Positions 29,010 to 40,074 of a stretch of 61,650 nt of DNA are shown piece after piece. The stretch lies in the NCBI GenBank assembly GCA_031378605.1, contig JANNEK010000009.1, forward strand, positions 1 through 61,650, read 5' to 3'. This DNA comes from Chitinophagaceae bacterium. GTDB taxonomy: Bacteria > Bacteroidota > Bacteroidia > Chitinophagales > Chitinophagaceae. The translations under genes were made by a program, and so were the position numbers. The notes below the pieces were generated by a model. It did no database searches and was not told the DNA's origin. It was given only the letters and a program-made list of their open reading frames with translations. The stretch's first letter is position 1. Each line of letters starts with the position of its first letter.

Positions 29010-30014
29010 ATGAAATTTGTTTCTTACGCGCAGGATGGCCATGATCGATTAGCTGCTTATATTGATGGCTTACTTTTCGATATGGAAACTTTACATCCGG
29101 ATCTTCCTCAAAACATGAGTATGTTCTTAAATTACTGGGATGATTTTTTGCCGATGGCGCAGGGTGGGGAGATATTAGTGAAAGAAGGAAAAATTTCCAA
29201 TAGTAAGGCCATTGCCTATGAAAGCGCTCCAATTGTAGCACCTGTTCCTTACCCTACAAGTTGCCGGGATGGATATGCTTTTCGCCAGCATGTAGCAGCC
29301 GCCCGAAGAAACCGAAAGGTTGAAATGATTCCTGAATTTGATCAATACCCAATTTTTTATTTCACGAATCATCATAGCATTCAGGGGCCGGGAGATATTA
29401 ATTGTATGCCCGATCATTTTAATAAACTCGATTTTGAATTAGAAATTGCTATTGTTATTTGCAGGCATGGTAGAAATATTAAGGCCGAAGAAGCTGATGA
29501 GTATATTGGTGGATTGATGATCATGAATGATATGAGCGCAAGAACCCTTCAGATGGAGGAGATGCTTTTAAATTTAGGTCCGGCCAAAGGAAAAGACTTC
29601 AGTACAGTTATCGGTCCCTGGTTGGTTACCCTCGATGAATTAGCAGGCAATGAAATTTCTCCTAAAGAAAATCATACAGGAAAATCATGGAACCTCCCAA
29701 TGAAATGCTGGGTAAATGGTGTACATGTTAGTGAAGGGAATGTGGGTGATATGGATTGGACCTTTGCAGAAATTATTGAACGGGCATCCTATGGAGTAGA
29801 TCTGTATGCAGGCGATATTATTGGAAGTGGAACAGTTGGAACCGGCTGCTTTCTTGAATTAAATGGAACAGGTAAATTAAATGATGCTAACTATCATGAG
29901 CAGTGGCTAATGGCAGGCGATACTGTAGAAATGGAGATTGAAGGACTAGGAAGATTGAGCAATACCATTGTTGCAGAAGAAACGGATTGGAGTATTTTAA
30001 AACGTAAGAAATAA
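29010..30014 (+). CDS. Fumarylacetoacetate hydrolase family protein
   Basis: LDFELE, NDMSAR, AKGKDF, GDIIGSGT. Confidence 0.9.
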   Translation: MKFVSYAQDGHDRLAAYIDGLLFDMETLHPDLPQNMSMFLNYWDDFLPMAQGGEILVKEGKISNSKAIAYESAPIVAPVPYPTSCRDGYAFRQHVAAARRNRKVEMIPEFDQYPIFYFTNHHSIQGPGDINCMPDHFNKLDFELEIAIVICRHGRNIKAEEADEYIGGLMIMNDMSARTLQMEEMLLNLGPAKGKDFSTVIGPWLVTLDELAGNEISPKENHTGKSWNLPMKCWVNGVHVSEGNVGDMDWTFAEIIERASYGVDLYAGDIIGSGTVGTGCFLELNGTGKLNDANYHEQWLMAGDTVEMEIEGLGRLSNTIVAEETDWSILKRKK

Positions 30015-30090
30015 GTTTTTTCCTCATTCATATCTATAAGAAATTCAAGAGATTTATAGAATTATCTAAGTTTAGTAAGTATTGAAAAGA

Positions 30091-30537
30091 TAACCGCAGA
30101 GACGGGGAGGCACAGAGAAATGACAAAAGAACAATATTATGAATTGGGAAAGCAAATATTGGATTCTTGTATTGCCGTACATAAAGAGTTAGGTCCTGGT
30201 TTATTAGAATCTGTATATGTTTATGCCTTAATAAAAGAGTTTGAACTAAGAGATATTAAAGCTACTTATAAAATTGCAGTACCCTTATTTTACAAAGGAT
30301 ATAATACAGGAAAAAATTATGAGATAGACCTATTAATTGAAAAAGAAATTATACTTGAAGCAAAAGCAGTGGATATCATGCACCCGGTTTATGAAGCTCA
30401 GTTAATTAGTTATTTAAAACTTTCAAATAAAAAACTCGGATACCTGGTTAATTTTAATGTTCCATTATTAAAAAATGGTTTTAGACGATTTGTAAATAAT
30501 TTTTGAAATCCTCTGCGACTCCCCGCCTCTGCGGTTA
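30091..30537 (+). mobile_element. IR-bounded GxxExxY cassette (putative minimal mobile element)
   Basis: TAACCGCAGAGACGGGGAGGCACAGAG (30091-30117) and CTCTGCGACTCCCCGCCTCTGCGGTTA (30511-30537), 24/27 complementary, 2 nt before the ATG and 4 nt after the stop. Confidence 0.65.
30120..30506 (+). CDS. GxxExxY protein (PD-(D/E)XK nuclease fold)
   Basis: VHKELGPGLLESVY signature, IDLLI...LEAK, AQLISYLK, LVNF. Confidence 0.93.
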   Translation: MTKEQYYELGKQILDSCIAVHKELGPGLLESVYVYALIKEFELRDIKATYKIAVPLFYKGYNTGKNYEIDLLIEKEIILEAKAVDIMHPVYEAQLISYLKLSNKKLGYLVNFNVPLLKNGFRRFVNNF

Positions 30538-30548
30538 AAATTATAGTT

Positions 30549-31433
30549 ATGGTTTTTGATCTTACTAACTTAACAACTTTCGAAAAACAATACTATCTCC
30601 AGCATTGTATTGCCCCGCGCCCTATCTGTTTTGCAAGCACTGTCGATAAAGCTGGAAATGTAAATCTCAGCCCATTCAGTTTTTTTAATCTGTTTTCGTC
30701 CAATCCACCAATCGTAATTTTTTCGCCTTCCAGAAGAGTAAGAGATAACACCACGAAACATACCCTGCAAAATGTATTGGAAGTTCCGGAAGTTGTTATC
30801 AATATGGTAGATTATGACATGGTTCAACAAGTATCGCTTAGCAGCAGTGAGTATCCGAAAGAAATAAATGAATTTATCAAAGCTGGATTTACAGAAGAAC
30901 CTGCTACTTTAATTAAGCCACCAATGGTAAAGCAGAGTAAAGTTAAGATGGAATGCAAGGTGATAGAAGTAAAACCATTGGGCACTGAAGGGGGAGCAGG
31001 TAATTTAATAATATGCGAAGTATTACGAATGCATATTGATGATTCGTTATTGGATGCTCATAAAAAAATAGATCAGCGAAAATTAAACCAGGTTGCACGA
31101 TTGGGAGGCGATTGGTATTGCGTAGCCAATGAACATAGTTTGTTTGAGGTAGTAAAACCGAGTACTCAATTAGGCATTGGAATAGAATTATTACCCGCAT
31201 CTATTCGAAACAGTAAAATACTAACTGGTAACAATCTTGGCCAATTAGCCAATGTACCAATATACCCAAGAATAGATCTTTCGTTCGATGACAATCATTT
31301 AAAACAGATAGTACAGTATTACAGCATTAACCCCGAGGAAATGGAAAATGAATTACACCGTTACGCTAAACAACTATTAGCCGATGGAAAAGTAAATGAC
31401 GCCTGGCAAGTATTACTTTTTGCAAATCCATAA
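30549..31433 (+). CDS. Flavin reductase family protein
   Basis: APRPICFAST, NLSPFSFFN, KHTLQN, MECKV, RLGGDWY. Confidence 0.9.
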   Translation: MVFDLTNLTTFEKQYYLQHCIAPRPICFASTVDKAGNVNLSPFSFFNLFSSNPPIVIFSPSRRVRDNTTKHTLQNVLEVPEVVINMVDYDMVQQVSLSSSEYPKEINEFIKAGFTEEPATLIKPPMVKQSKVKMECKVIEVKPLGTEGGAGNLIICEVLRMHIDDSLLDAHKKIDQRKLNQVARLGGDWYCVANEHSLFEVVKPSTQLGIGIELLPASIRNSKILTGNNLGQLANVPIYPRIDLSFDDNHLKQIVQYYSINPEEMENELHRYAKQLLADGKVNDAWQVLLFANP

Positions 31434-31620
31434 TAAATAGTTGCTGTTTCTATATCCTGCTACCAAAAACTTTTTTTACTATTTCTGTTGTTTTGGCCAA
31501 TGGGTTAGCGCGAATATTCGCTTCTTCCTTTGCCATCTGGTCAAAAAATGTCAATGTTTATACCAGTTTCCTAAGAAGAATCAAATAAGCTATTTTTGCA
31601 GCTCTTTAATTTTGTTGAAT

Positions 31621-33138
31621 ATGAGTGTTTCAAATTTTTCTGAGCAAGAACTTATTCGTAGAGAAAAGCTAAAAGAGCTACGGCACCTGGGCATTGACCC
31701 CTTCCCTGCCCCATTATACCCTGTAAATACATCAGCTTCCTATATCAAAGAACATTATAAAGGAGAAGAGAATAAATCAGACTTCGCAACAGTATGCCTT
31801 GCGGGTCGTATTATGAGCATTCGGGATATGGGCAAAGCCGCATTTGCAGTACTTCAGGATAGCACGGGTAAAATACAATTTTATCTTAAGCGCGATGAAA
31901 TTTGCCCGGGAGAAGATAAAACCTTCTATGATAAAGTATGGAAACACCTTACGGATATTGGGGATATTGTAGGTATAAAAGGATATGTATTCACCACCAA
32001 AACGGGCGAAACTTCGGTACATGTTTCAGAACTTTCTTTTCTTACAAAATCACTCAAACCCTTACCCGTAGTTAAAGAAAAAGAAGGAGAAACCTTTGAT
32101 GCCGTTACAGATCCCGAATTCAAATACAGGCAACGTTATGTTGATCTTATCATAAATCCGCAGGTAAAAGATACCTTTATAAAGCGCACCCTTCTTGTTA
32201 ATACCATTCGTGAATTTTTAAATAGCCATGGTGCCCTGGAAGTTGATACGCCGGTTTTGCAAGCCATTCCTGGCGGAGCGGCTGCACGACCCTTCACTAC
32301 TCATCACAATGCATTGGATATTCCTTTTTATTTAAGAATAGCGAATGAACTCTATTTAAAGCGATTGATTGTTGGAGGATTTGATTGGGTATACGAATTC
32401 AGTAGAAATTTCAGAAATGAAGGAATGGATCGTACACACAATCCTGAGTTTACTGTGTTGGAATGGTATACTGCCTACAAGGATTATTTATGGATGATGG
32501 AAATAACGGAGCAATTGATTGAAAAAATTGCGCTTGCATTGCATGGCACAACTAAAGTAATGGTAGGCGAAATAGAAATTGATTTTAAGGCTCCCTTTAA
32601 ACGCATTTCGATTCATGAATCGATTAAAGAAAATACCGGTATCGATATCACCGATAAAAACGAAGCGGAATTGCGGGATATATGTAAGCAATTAAACATT
32701 GGTGTTCCAAACAATATAGGGATTGGAAAATTAATTGATGAAATCTTTAGTGCCACCAGCGAGCACAAGTATACCCAACCAACTTTTATTATTGATTATC
32801 CGATAGAGATGAGTCCACTTACCAAGAAACACCGCAGCAAACCCGGTTTGGTAGAGCGTTTTGAATTAATGGTGAATGGAAAAGAAATTGCGAATGCCTA
32901 TACTGAATTAAATGACCCCATTGATCAGCGGGATCGATTTGAAGAGCAATTGAAATTAAAGGAAAGAGGAGACGATGAAGCAATGTTTATCGACTATGAT
33001 TTTTTGCGTGCCTTAGAATATGGAATGCCACCCACTTCGGGTATTGGTATCGGTATTGATCGTTTGTGCATGTTAATGACCAACCAACCGAGTATTCAGG
33101 ATGTTTTATTGTTTCCGCAAATGCGGCCGGAACATTGA
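31621..33138 (+). CDS. lysS: Lysine--tRNA ligase (class II)
   Basis: [45 protein letters not shown]; ATG at 31621. Confidence 0.97.
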   Translation: MSVSNFSEQELIRREKLKELRHLGIDPFPAPLYPVNTSASYIKEHYKGEENKSDFATVCLAGRIMSIRDMGKAAFAVLQDSTGKIQFYLKRDEICPGEDKTFYDKVWKHLTDIGDIVGIKGYVFTTKTGETSVHVSELSFLTKSLKPLPVVKEKEGETFDAVTDPEFKYRQRYVDLIINPQVKDTFIKRTLLVNTIREFLNSHGALEVDTPVLQAIPGGAAARPFTTHHNALDIPFYLRIANELYLKRLIVGGFDWVYEFSRNFRNEGMDRTHNPEFTVLEWYTAYKDYLWMMEITEQLIEKIALALHGTTKVMVGEIEIDFKAPFKRISIHESIKENTGIDITDKNEAELRDICKQLNIGVPNNIGIGKLIDEIFSATSEHKYTQPTFIIDYPIEMSPLTKKHRSKPGLVERFELMVNGKEIANAYTELNDPIDQRDRFEEQLKLKERGDDEAMFIDYDFLRALEYGMPPTSGIGIGIDRLCMLMTNQPSIQDVLLFPQMRPEH

Positions 33139-33347
33139 TAGATTTGTTACATTATGTTTAGTAAGAATAGTTATAAAATCTTTTTAGTTTCCAGATACTC
33201 CTATAGAAAGTATAGTTTATGGCATCTTTTTTTACATAAGAACCGGGAACCACTGGCCATTTGATTTAGTGCTCTGACTTTTTATTTTTCAATTTAAAAT
33301 AAAATTATGGGCCTCGCTTTTACATTTAATACCAAAATAAAATAGAC

Positions 33348-33953
33348 ATGACATATAAAGCGATCGTGGGAATATTATTTATTACTATTGTTTATTCATG
33401 TAATAGTCATCGGGAAGAATCGGCAAATCCCTCAGAAACCTCTAATGTACTTCTTGATGATAAAAAAGACATGAGTATTGTTTCCAAAAGAAGTTATGAA
33501 GATCTGGTAGAACAATTATATAGCGAACAGGTAGAAAAGTCGAAAGAATTACAGGATATAGAAAAAGATATTAGGGTTGTAATTAATAGTAAAGTAGACT
33601 CCCTGGCTGCTTTATTATCTTTTGACACAAAAAATAAAAACTATTATTTAGCTGCTGGTACTAAAATAAAATCGATCAGTGATTCTGCTTTAAGAAGCAA
33701 CATTACCGCTTTGCTCAATGCTAGTTCCGTTGCTTATGAAAAAAAGAGTGCAGAATCAACATCACTGATAGAATTATTGGAGAAAAAAATAATTTCATTG
33801 AAAGACTATCATATTTTATTAAAGATCAAACAAACACTTCAACTATTAGAAAAATACCAGGAAAAAAATCAACCTTCCAATAATCCGATTAGGGAATTAA
33901 TTAAAAAATATGATCAAGTGATCGAAAAGGTTGGCCACAAAGCAACAAACTAA
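33348..33953 (+). CDS. Hypothetical helical lipoprotein
   Basis: Lipobox IVYS-C after a hydrophobic N-terminus; 201 aa. Confidence 0.7.
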   Translation: MTYKAIVGILFITIVYSCNSHREESANPSETSNVLLDDKKDMSIVSKRSYEDLVEQLYSEQVEKSKELQDIEKDIRVVINSKVDSLAALLSFDTKNKNYYLAAGTKIKSISDSALRSNITALLNASSVAYEKKSAESTSLIELLEKKIISLKDYHILLKIKQTLQLLEKYQEKNQPSNNPIRELIKKYDQVIEKVGHKATN

Positions 33954-34366
33954 TTCAAGTATTAATTTAAACCAATATTGATTACTATGAAAAGCCTGGT
34001 TCAACTTAATTTATTAATTACCCATAAAATAATTTCGAAAAATAGATAAGTAAGAATCGTTCGGAACGAAATGCTCCTTTTAGTATAGTGCTACCCATGA
34101 GATGTTCCTATGGAATATGAGTTCAAGCTTTTTGGTTATCTAAAATGTTTCAATACGGGTAATAATTTTAAGAAGCAGTTTGAATTAATTTTAACTGTAA
34201 AAACCTTTGCCGTAGTTTTGATATTTTTTTCACAGAAAGCTATTGACAATAGCTTTAAAATCCACTTCGCCTTGCACATTAAACATTCACATATGAATTC
34301 TAATTAACTAATTTTAACAGCTTCTAAATAGAATTTATTTTTTATTGACAATTCACTATTCACAAT

Positions 34367-34975
34367 ATGCGAAACCTGGCTATATTAATTTTTGATGATG
34401 TAGAAGTGCTCGACTTTGCCGGGCCTTTTGAAGTGTTTAGCGTTTGCGGCTTAAGAAGTGGAAATACAAAACCATTTAATGTATATACAGTTGCAGAGAA
34501 GGAGTTGATTGTTGCAAGAAATGGATTAAAAATTATTCCACATTATTCATTGAATAATTGTCCTGTGCCTGATATAGTCCTTATACCTGGTGGCGGCGGC
34601 ACCCATTCAGATGGCACTCCTTTTGGCAGTAGAAAGGAAATGCTCAATGAAACGCTACTGGATTGGATCCGTCAAAAAAATAAAACTGCTGAAATACTTT
34701 TATCGGTTTGTACCGGTTCATTATTACTGGGTAAGGCAGGATTGTTAGAAGGATTATCGGCCACCACACATTGGAAAGCAATGGAAGCAATGAAGGAAGC
34801 TGCACCAAATACCATTTTATTTCCAGATAAGCGATGGGTTGACAATGGTCGAATTATATTATCGGCAGGAATTTCCGCTGGCATTGATATGTCATTTTAT
34901 GTAATCAGTAAACTGTTAGGAAAAAAGGAAGCAGATGAAACAGCTTCCTATATGCAATACGATTATTGGAAATGA
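34367..34975 (+). CDS. DJ-1/PfpI family protein
   Basis: EVLDFAGPFEVF, SVCTG, ATTHW, SAGISAGID. Confidence 0.9.
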   Translation: MRNLAILIFDDVEVLDFAGPFEVFSVCGLRSGNTKPFNVYTVAEKELIVARNGLKIIPHYSLNNCPVPDIVLIPGGGGTHSDGTPFGSRKEMLNETLLDWIRQKNKTAEILLSVCTGSLLLGKAGLLEGLSATTHWKAMEAMKEAAPNTILFPDKRWVDNGRIILSAGISAGIDMSFYVISKLLGKKEADETASYMQYDYWK

Positions 34976-35100
34976 TGAATTTAATGATGACGGATAAAGT
35001 TTCATCGAGCCAGAAAAGTAATTTGCTTTTTTATAATATACTATACTTCTTCGGTGAGGGTGATAATAATAGGTCATTTTTAAAATAGGTGCTACAGTGT

Positions 35101-36882
35101 TTATCCGATAATCCCCATTTTTTTCATTAAAAAAGATGCACTTAATTTGGTACACACGCCTTCTTTTATTTTATAGTCGAACTTCAATTCATTATTTATT
35201 ATTTCAGATTCAAAACAATTATTATTAATATAATCAGGATATTCAATTGCTAATTCACCAACAGAAAGATCGTGTGTAGCAATAATGCCGCAGGCCTTAC
35301 TGGAAACTAATTTATGGATTAGACCGATGGTACCTCCATGTTTATCATTGCTATTAGTGCCCCGTAAAATTTCATCCAAAATTATAAATGTTTTATTGCC
35401 TGCGTTTAAATGACTTATTATCGTTTGCAATCTTTTTAATTCTGCATAAAAAAACGATTCGCTGTCCTGCAGTGAATCGGTGATGCGCATACTTACGTAT
35501 ACATCGTACGGAAAAAAAGTAAACGTCGTGGCGCAAACGGCTGATCCGGCTCTTGCCAGCAATAAGTTTATGCCCAGGGTTCTCAAAAAAGTACTCTTCC
35601 CCGACATATTCGAGCCCGTTAGTACTACAAATTTTTTTTCCAGAAAAGAAATATCATTGGTTATTCTTTTCTCTTTTCTTATCAGGGGGTGACCCATTGA
35701 AATAGTTGTTAGATCTTCTTTAGCAGTAGCAGTTGGAATAGTAAAATCCGGATTATTAAAATAAAAGCATGCGAAACTACTCAACGATTCTGCCTCACCT
35801 ATTAATTGTAACCAATTCATTAAATGTGTTCGGTGAGTTGCTCTCCATTTATCCAATATAAAGAGGACATGTACATGGTAAAGAAAAAAGCCATTTAATA
35901 AGGGACTTATAAAAATATTAAAAACATAATCGAGCTGATCAAAATAGGAAGCCAGGTTCTTTATAGAACTTGAAGCCCAAACAGTATCTTTTTTCAGGCC
36001 CTGTTGTAATTTCAATAGAATTGGCGCCTTAAATGATTCTTTTTCTAACAATATTAATTGATCTGAAAACTGCTTAAGTGTTTTATTAATATCACCCGAT
36101 AATGAAATAGTTGACATTATACTTCGTGCAAATGAAAATGCAATCCCTAAATTCAAAACAACTAATAATCCAGTAATCGTTTTGAACAATTCTGTTCCTG
36201 TAATAAAAAAAAGCGTACCCATGATGATGGCTAACGCTGGAAAAATTAATAATACATAATAATGGAAAGGCTTTTTAAAAACAGGGTCATTCGTTAACCA
36301 ACCGGTAAGCCGGTCTAATTTTTTTTCTTCGCTGGAATGTAATAGTCCGGCCGCCTGCAGGCGTTGCCGAAATGAAATTATCTTATTTAATTCGGTTATT
36401 GCTTCTTGCCGTTGCTCAAGAACGGAGGTATCTGGATGAAGAAGTGCTTGTGCAAGCGTAGTTCTTCCAAAGCTGGTAGTGGTGCGGTTGATAAAACCAT
36501 ACAAAGAACTTTTTCCAAATAAATCGAGGTCGTAGGAATAGGGATGATGAGGGTCTATATACTCATTACCCTCTTCATAGGGTGAAGGTTGGCCGTTTAA
36601 TAGATTAATTTCTGTTTGATTGATTTGAACAATGGCCTTACACGTGTCGTACTTTTTTTTTGTTTGATCGTATCGTCGGATTAAATACAAAAAAATACCT
36701 AAAAGAATAATTGACAATACCAGCAGCAATGAATGATCGGTTATAAAAAAATAATAGCCGCAAACAATTCCTGCAATAAACGAAATCAACCTGATAGTGC
36801 TTAAGAAAGATAATTTGCCTTTTAATTTATTTAATTCCTGGGTATGAAGAGAGAGTAATTGCTGATAAGTTGATAGTGGCAT
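35101..36882 (-). CDS. Membrane-anchored MutS-related ATPase (domain V)
   Basis: TGSNMSGKSTFLR, SFFYAELKRL, LDEILRGTN, ATHDL; N-terminal TM helices. Confidence 0.9.
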   Translation of the reverse strand: MPLSTYQQLLSLHTQELNKLKGKLSFLSTIRLISFIAGIVCGYYFFITDHSLLLVLSIILLGIFLYLIRRYDQTKKKYDTCKAIVQINQTEINLLNGQPSPYEEGNEYIDPHHPYSYDLDLFGKSSLYGFINRTTTSFGRTTLAQALLHPDTSVLEQRQEAITELNKIISFRQRLQAAGLLHSSEEKKLDRLTGWLTNDPVFKKPFHYYVLLIFPALAIIMGTLFFITGTELFKTITGLLVVLNLGIAFSFARSIMSTISLSGDINKTLKQFSDQLILLEKESFKAPILLKLQQGLKKDTVWASSSIKNLASYFDQLDYVFNIFISPLLNGFFLYHVHVLFILDKWRATHRTHLMNWLQLIGEAESLSSFACFYFNNPDFTIPTATAKEDLTTISMGHPLIRKEKRITNDISFLEKKFVVLTGSNMSGKSTFLRTLGINLLLARAGSAVCATTFTFFPYDVYVSMRITDSLQDSESFFYAELKRLQTIISHLNAGNKTFIILDEILRGTNSNDKHGGTIGLIHKLVSSKACGIIATHDLSVGELAIEYPDYINNNCFESEIINNELKFDYKIKEGVCTKLSASFLMKKMGIIG

Positions 36883-36988
36883 GGAGATTTAAATTGTTGA
36901 AGCTGCTAAATTTTAGTGTTCATGGAATTTATCTAACGGTAGAAATATAAACGACGAGGTACAACGCTCTATTGATTAATCATCTAAT

Positions 36989-38026
36989 TTATACCGGGCA
37001 TTTTTCGTGATAATTCACCAATTCAATCGGTGTTTTTTCAAATTCAAATCCAGCATAGTTGCTAACAATTTCGTTCAATACTTCATCAATTTCTTCTACT
37101 AACTTTAATGTCACTAATTTATTTCGGTATTCTTTAATATTGGGCAATCCTTTCAGGTAATTGGCATAATGCCGGCGCATTTCATTAATGCCTACTATCG
37201 GATTTTTCCATTCAACACTTTTGTATAAATGTTTACGACATACGGCAACTCTATCTTCTATTGTTGGTGCAGGCAAATGCTCGCCTGTTTTTATAAAATG
37301 TTTTATTTCATTAAAGATCCACGGATATCCAATAGCGGCCCGCCCAATCATAATTCCATCTACACCATACCTGTTTTTATATTCCACGGCTTTTTCCGGT
37401 GAATCAATATCGCCATTACCAAATATGGGAATATGAATACGCGGATTATTTTTTACTTTTCCAATGAGGGTCCAATCGGCACTTCCCTTATACATCTGCG
37501 TTCTTGTTCTCCCATGAATAGCAAGAGCTTTTATACCTTCATCCTGTAAACGCTCCGCAACTTCTTCAATATTTCGCGTGTTATCATCCCAGCCTAATCT
37601 TGTTTTCACCGTCACGGGTAATGAGGTAGATTTTACAACTGCTGAAGTAAGCCGCATCATTAAGTCAACATCTTTTAATACACCTGCACCGGCCCCTCGT
37701 AAAGCTACTTTTTTTACCGGGCAACCGAAATTGATATCTAGTAAATCAGGATTGGTTACTTCCACAATTTTTGCGGCGAGCGATAGACTTTCTTCATCAC
37801 CTCCAAATATTTGAATGCCTACAGGCCTTTCGTAATCAAAAATATCCAGCTTTTGTCTGCTTTTAATAGCATCCCGTATTAATCCTTCGCTGCTGATAAA
37901 CTCTGTATACATTAAATCTGCACCCTTGTCTTTACAAACCGCCCTAAACGGAGGATCACTTACGTCCTCCATGGGAGCAAGCAGCAACGGAAACTCGGGC
38001 AATGATATGTTAGCGATGTTGGGCAT
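36989..38026 (-). CDS. dusB: tRNA-dihydrouridine synthase B
   Basis: LAPMEDVSD, DINFGCP, VKTRLGW, IHGRT, NGDI, MIGRA. Confidence 0.93.
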   Translation of the reverse strand: MPNIANISLPEFPLLLAPMEDVSDPPFRAVCKDKGADLMYTEFISSEGLIRDAIKSRQKLDIFDYERPVGIQIFGGDEESLSLAAKIVEVTNPDLLDINFGCPVKKVALRGAGAGVLKDVDLMMRLTSAVVKSTSLPVTVKTRLGWDDNTRNIEEVAERLQDEGIKALAIHGRTRTQMYKGSADWTLIGKVKNNPRIHIPIFGNGDIDSPEKAVEYKNRYGVDGIMIGRAAIGYPWIFNEIKHFIKTGEHLPAPTIEDRVAVCRKHLYKSVEWKNPIVGINEMRRHYANYLKGLPNIKEYRNKLVTLKLVEEIDEVLNEIVSNYAGFEFEKTPIELVNYHEKCPV

Positions 38027-38210
38027 AATATTATACTACTTATTCAAGCTACCTATTGCAAATGAATTACAAAATTTAAAGCGTTTTACCATTAACGACT
38101 ATCTTTTATGATGATAGGTATAATGGTGATTCAAATCCCATATCATTTATCTGCTTTTCCTTTATCTTGCAGTTTGCAAATTTACAAATTAAACAGCAGT
38201 TTTACCAGTT

Positions 38211-39107
38211 ATGTACGATCATTTACGCATACGCTCATCCTGGAAACAATTATTAGTTATCGTACTGGTTTTTTCGCCACAAATGCTGTTATTATTACTG
38301 ACTTTAATGGTCGGGAACGAATCTGATACCGTAAACACAACGAATAGTTTGTCGTTAATGACGCTGAAATGGTTACAGGCTTCTTCCTCTTTATTATTTT
38401 TTTTACTGCCGGCATTTTTATTTGCGGTATTTGTATTCCGCGGTAAATATTTCTATTTTCTGGGAATTAAAAAGGCTGTTAAGCAAAATATGTATGTGCT
38501 TGCTGCCTGTTGTATTTTATTTTCATTTCCATTTGTTTTTTGGTTGGGAGAAGCAAACAGACTTATTCCCTTACCTGAATGGATGACAAAATTGGAACAG
38601 AATACCGGTAAGCAAATGGAATCATTCTTAAAAGTAACTAACTGGTATGATGTACCTGTTAATATTCTTATTATAGCGCTATTGCCAGCTATTTGTGAAG
38701 AATTATTTTTTAGGGGAGCACTTCAGCGGGTAATGATCTATGTTACCAAAAGCCCCTGGGCAGGTATAATAACCGGGGCAATTTTGTTTTCTGCACTGCA
38801 TCTTCAATTTGCCGGATTTTTACCCAGGATGTTTTTAGGGATTATTTTAGGAATACTGTATTGGTACAGTGGAAGCCTTTGGACAAGTATAATTGCCCAT
38901 TTTATTTTTAATGCTACACAGGTATTGGTAGTATCCTATGTTCCAAAATACATCAATACCAATCCTACCCTCCCCGTGTTCGCCGGATTAGTTAGCATTT
39001 TAGCGGTAGGAGCAATTCTTTATTTTTACCGAAAGCAATCAACCGTTACCTGGTCAAAAGTATTTGAGACGGATCAATTGAACCCTTATAACGAATTTAT
39101 TGCTTAG
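38211..39107 (+). CDS. CPBP family intramembrane metalloprotease
   Basis: EELFFRG, FSALH, AHFIFN. Confidence 0.9.
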   Translation: MYDHLRIRSSWKQLLVIVLVFSPQMLLLLLTLMVGNESDTVNTTNSLSLMTLKWLQASSSLLFFLLPAFLFAVFVFRGKYFYFLGIKKAVKQNMYVLAACCILFSFPFVFWLGEANRLIPLPEWMTKLEQNTGKQMESFLKVTNWYDVPVNILIIALLPAICEELFFRGALQRVMIYVTKSPWAGIITGAILFSALHLQFAGFLPRMFLGIILGILYWYSGSLWTSIIAHFIFNATQVLVVSYVPKYINTNPTLPVFAGLVSILAVGAILYFYRKQSTVTWSKVFETDQLNPYNEFIA

Positions 39108-39141
39108 TTTTCTTACCTACATTTACTACTTATAATTTTTC

Positions 39142-40017
39142 ATGGCGTTTAACAAAGCCGTTTTAAAAACAAGAACTCTTACTGCTATTGTATTTGCAGC
39201 AGTAATGCTAACTGGGTTGCTATGGAACCATTGGACCTTCTTTATACTTTTCAGTATTATTCATATGGGTTGCTGGATTGAATACCAGAAGCTGTTATCC
39301 TTAATAGATCCGAACTATAAACAAAAAAGTACGATACACAGTTATGGAATAATAGTAGTTGGCTGGTCGTTAATGTGGTTTTTCACCAATGGAGCTTTTG
39401 AAATAGTTGGATTCAGGCTTTATACCGTTGGGTGGTGGCCCTTGATTTTTTTAACCATTTTGCCATTGATTGATTGGTTATTTGTTCGAAAAGCATTACC
39501 GAAGAATATAGCCTATAGTATTTTCGGACTAATTTATATTTCATTACCCTGGGGCCTGATGATTAACCTGAGATGTTTGGGGATGATTCAAAAGGGAGGA
39601 GATTCGTATAGCGACTTTTTTGCGTTCGCTCTTCCCTGCACGCTGATCTTTTCTATTTGGATTAACGATACGATGGCCTATGTAGTAGGATCTTTTATGG
39701 GCAAAACACCATTGTCAAAAATTTCACCCAAAAAAACATGGGAAGGTACCATAGGTGGCGCTGTGCTTGCAGTATTGATCGTTGGATTGATTGCGAAGAG
39801 TTTAGATATGGATTTTCTTAAAGCCTCTGTTATTGCATTGATTGCTTCTGTTGCAGGTACAATGGGCGATTTGTTTGAGTCTAAATTGAAGAGGCTTGCC
39901 GGAGTAAAAGACAGTGGTAATTTTATGCCTGGCCATGGAGGATTTTTGGACCGCTTCGACTCTTTATTAATCGCAACTCCGATGGTTTGGTTATATATTA
40001 AACTCGTTGTACAATAA
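39142..40017 (+). CDS. cdsA: Phosphatidate cytidylyltransferase
   Basis: ISPKKTWEG, GDLFESKLKR, KDSGNFMPGHGGFLDRFDS. Confidence 0.95.
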   Translation: MAFNKAVLKTRTLTAIVFAAVMLTGLLWNHWTFFILFSIIHMGCWIEYQKLLSLIDPNYKQKSTIHSYGIIVVGWSLMWFFTNGAFEIVGFRLYTVGWWPLIFLTILPLIDWLFVRKALPKNIAYSIFGLIYISLPWGLMINLRCLGMIQKGGDSYSDFFAFALPCTLIFSIWINDTMAYVVGSFMGKTPLSKISPKKTWEGTIGGAVLAVLIVGLIAKSLDMDFLKASVIALIASVAGTMGDLFESKLKRLAGVKDSGNFMPGHGGFLDRFDSLLIATPMVWLYIKLVVQ

Positions 40018-40074
40018 TTTTTGAATGGAATAACCTTTCAACCTTTCCTTACATTTGTAATTCAACATTATTCA

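Noticed and set aside
34110-34307. 65-aa ORF or minus-strand pseudogene
   Set aside because: No recognisable motif in any frame; cannot be supported
35101-36882. Mismatch-repair mutS
   Set aside because: Lacks the mismatch-binding domain and has TM helices; a known MutS-related subfamily
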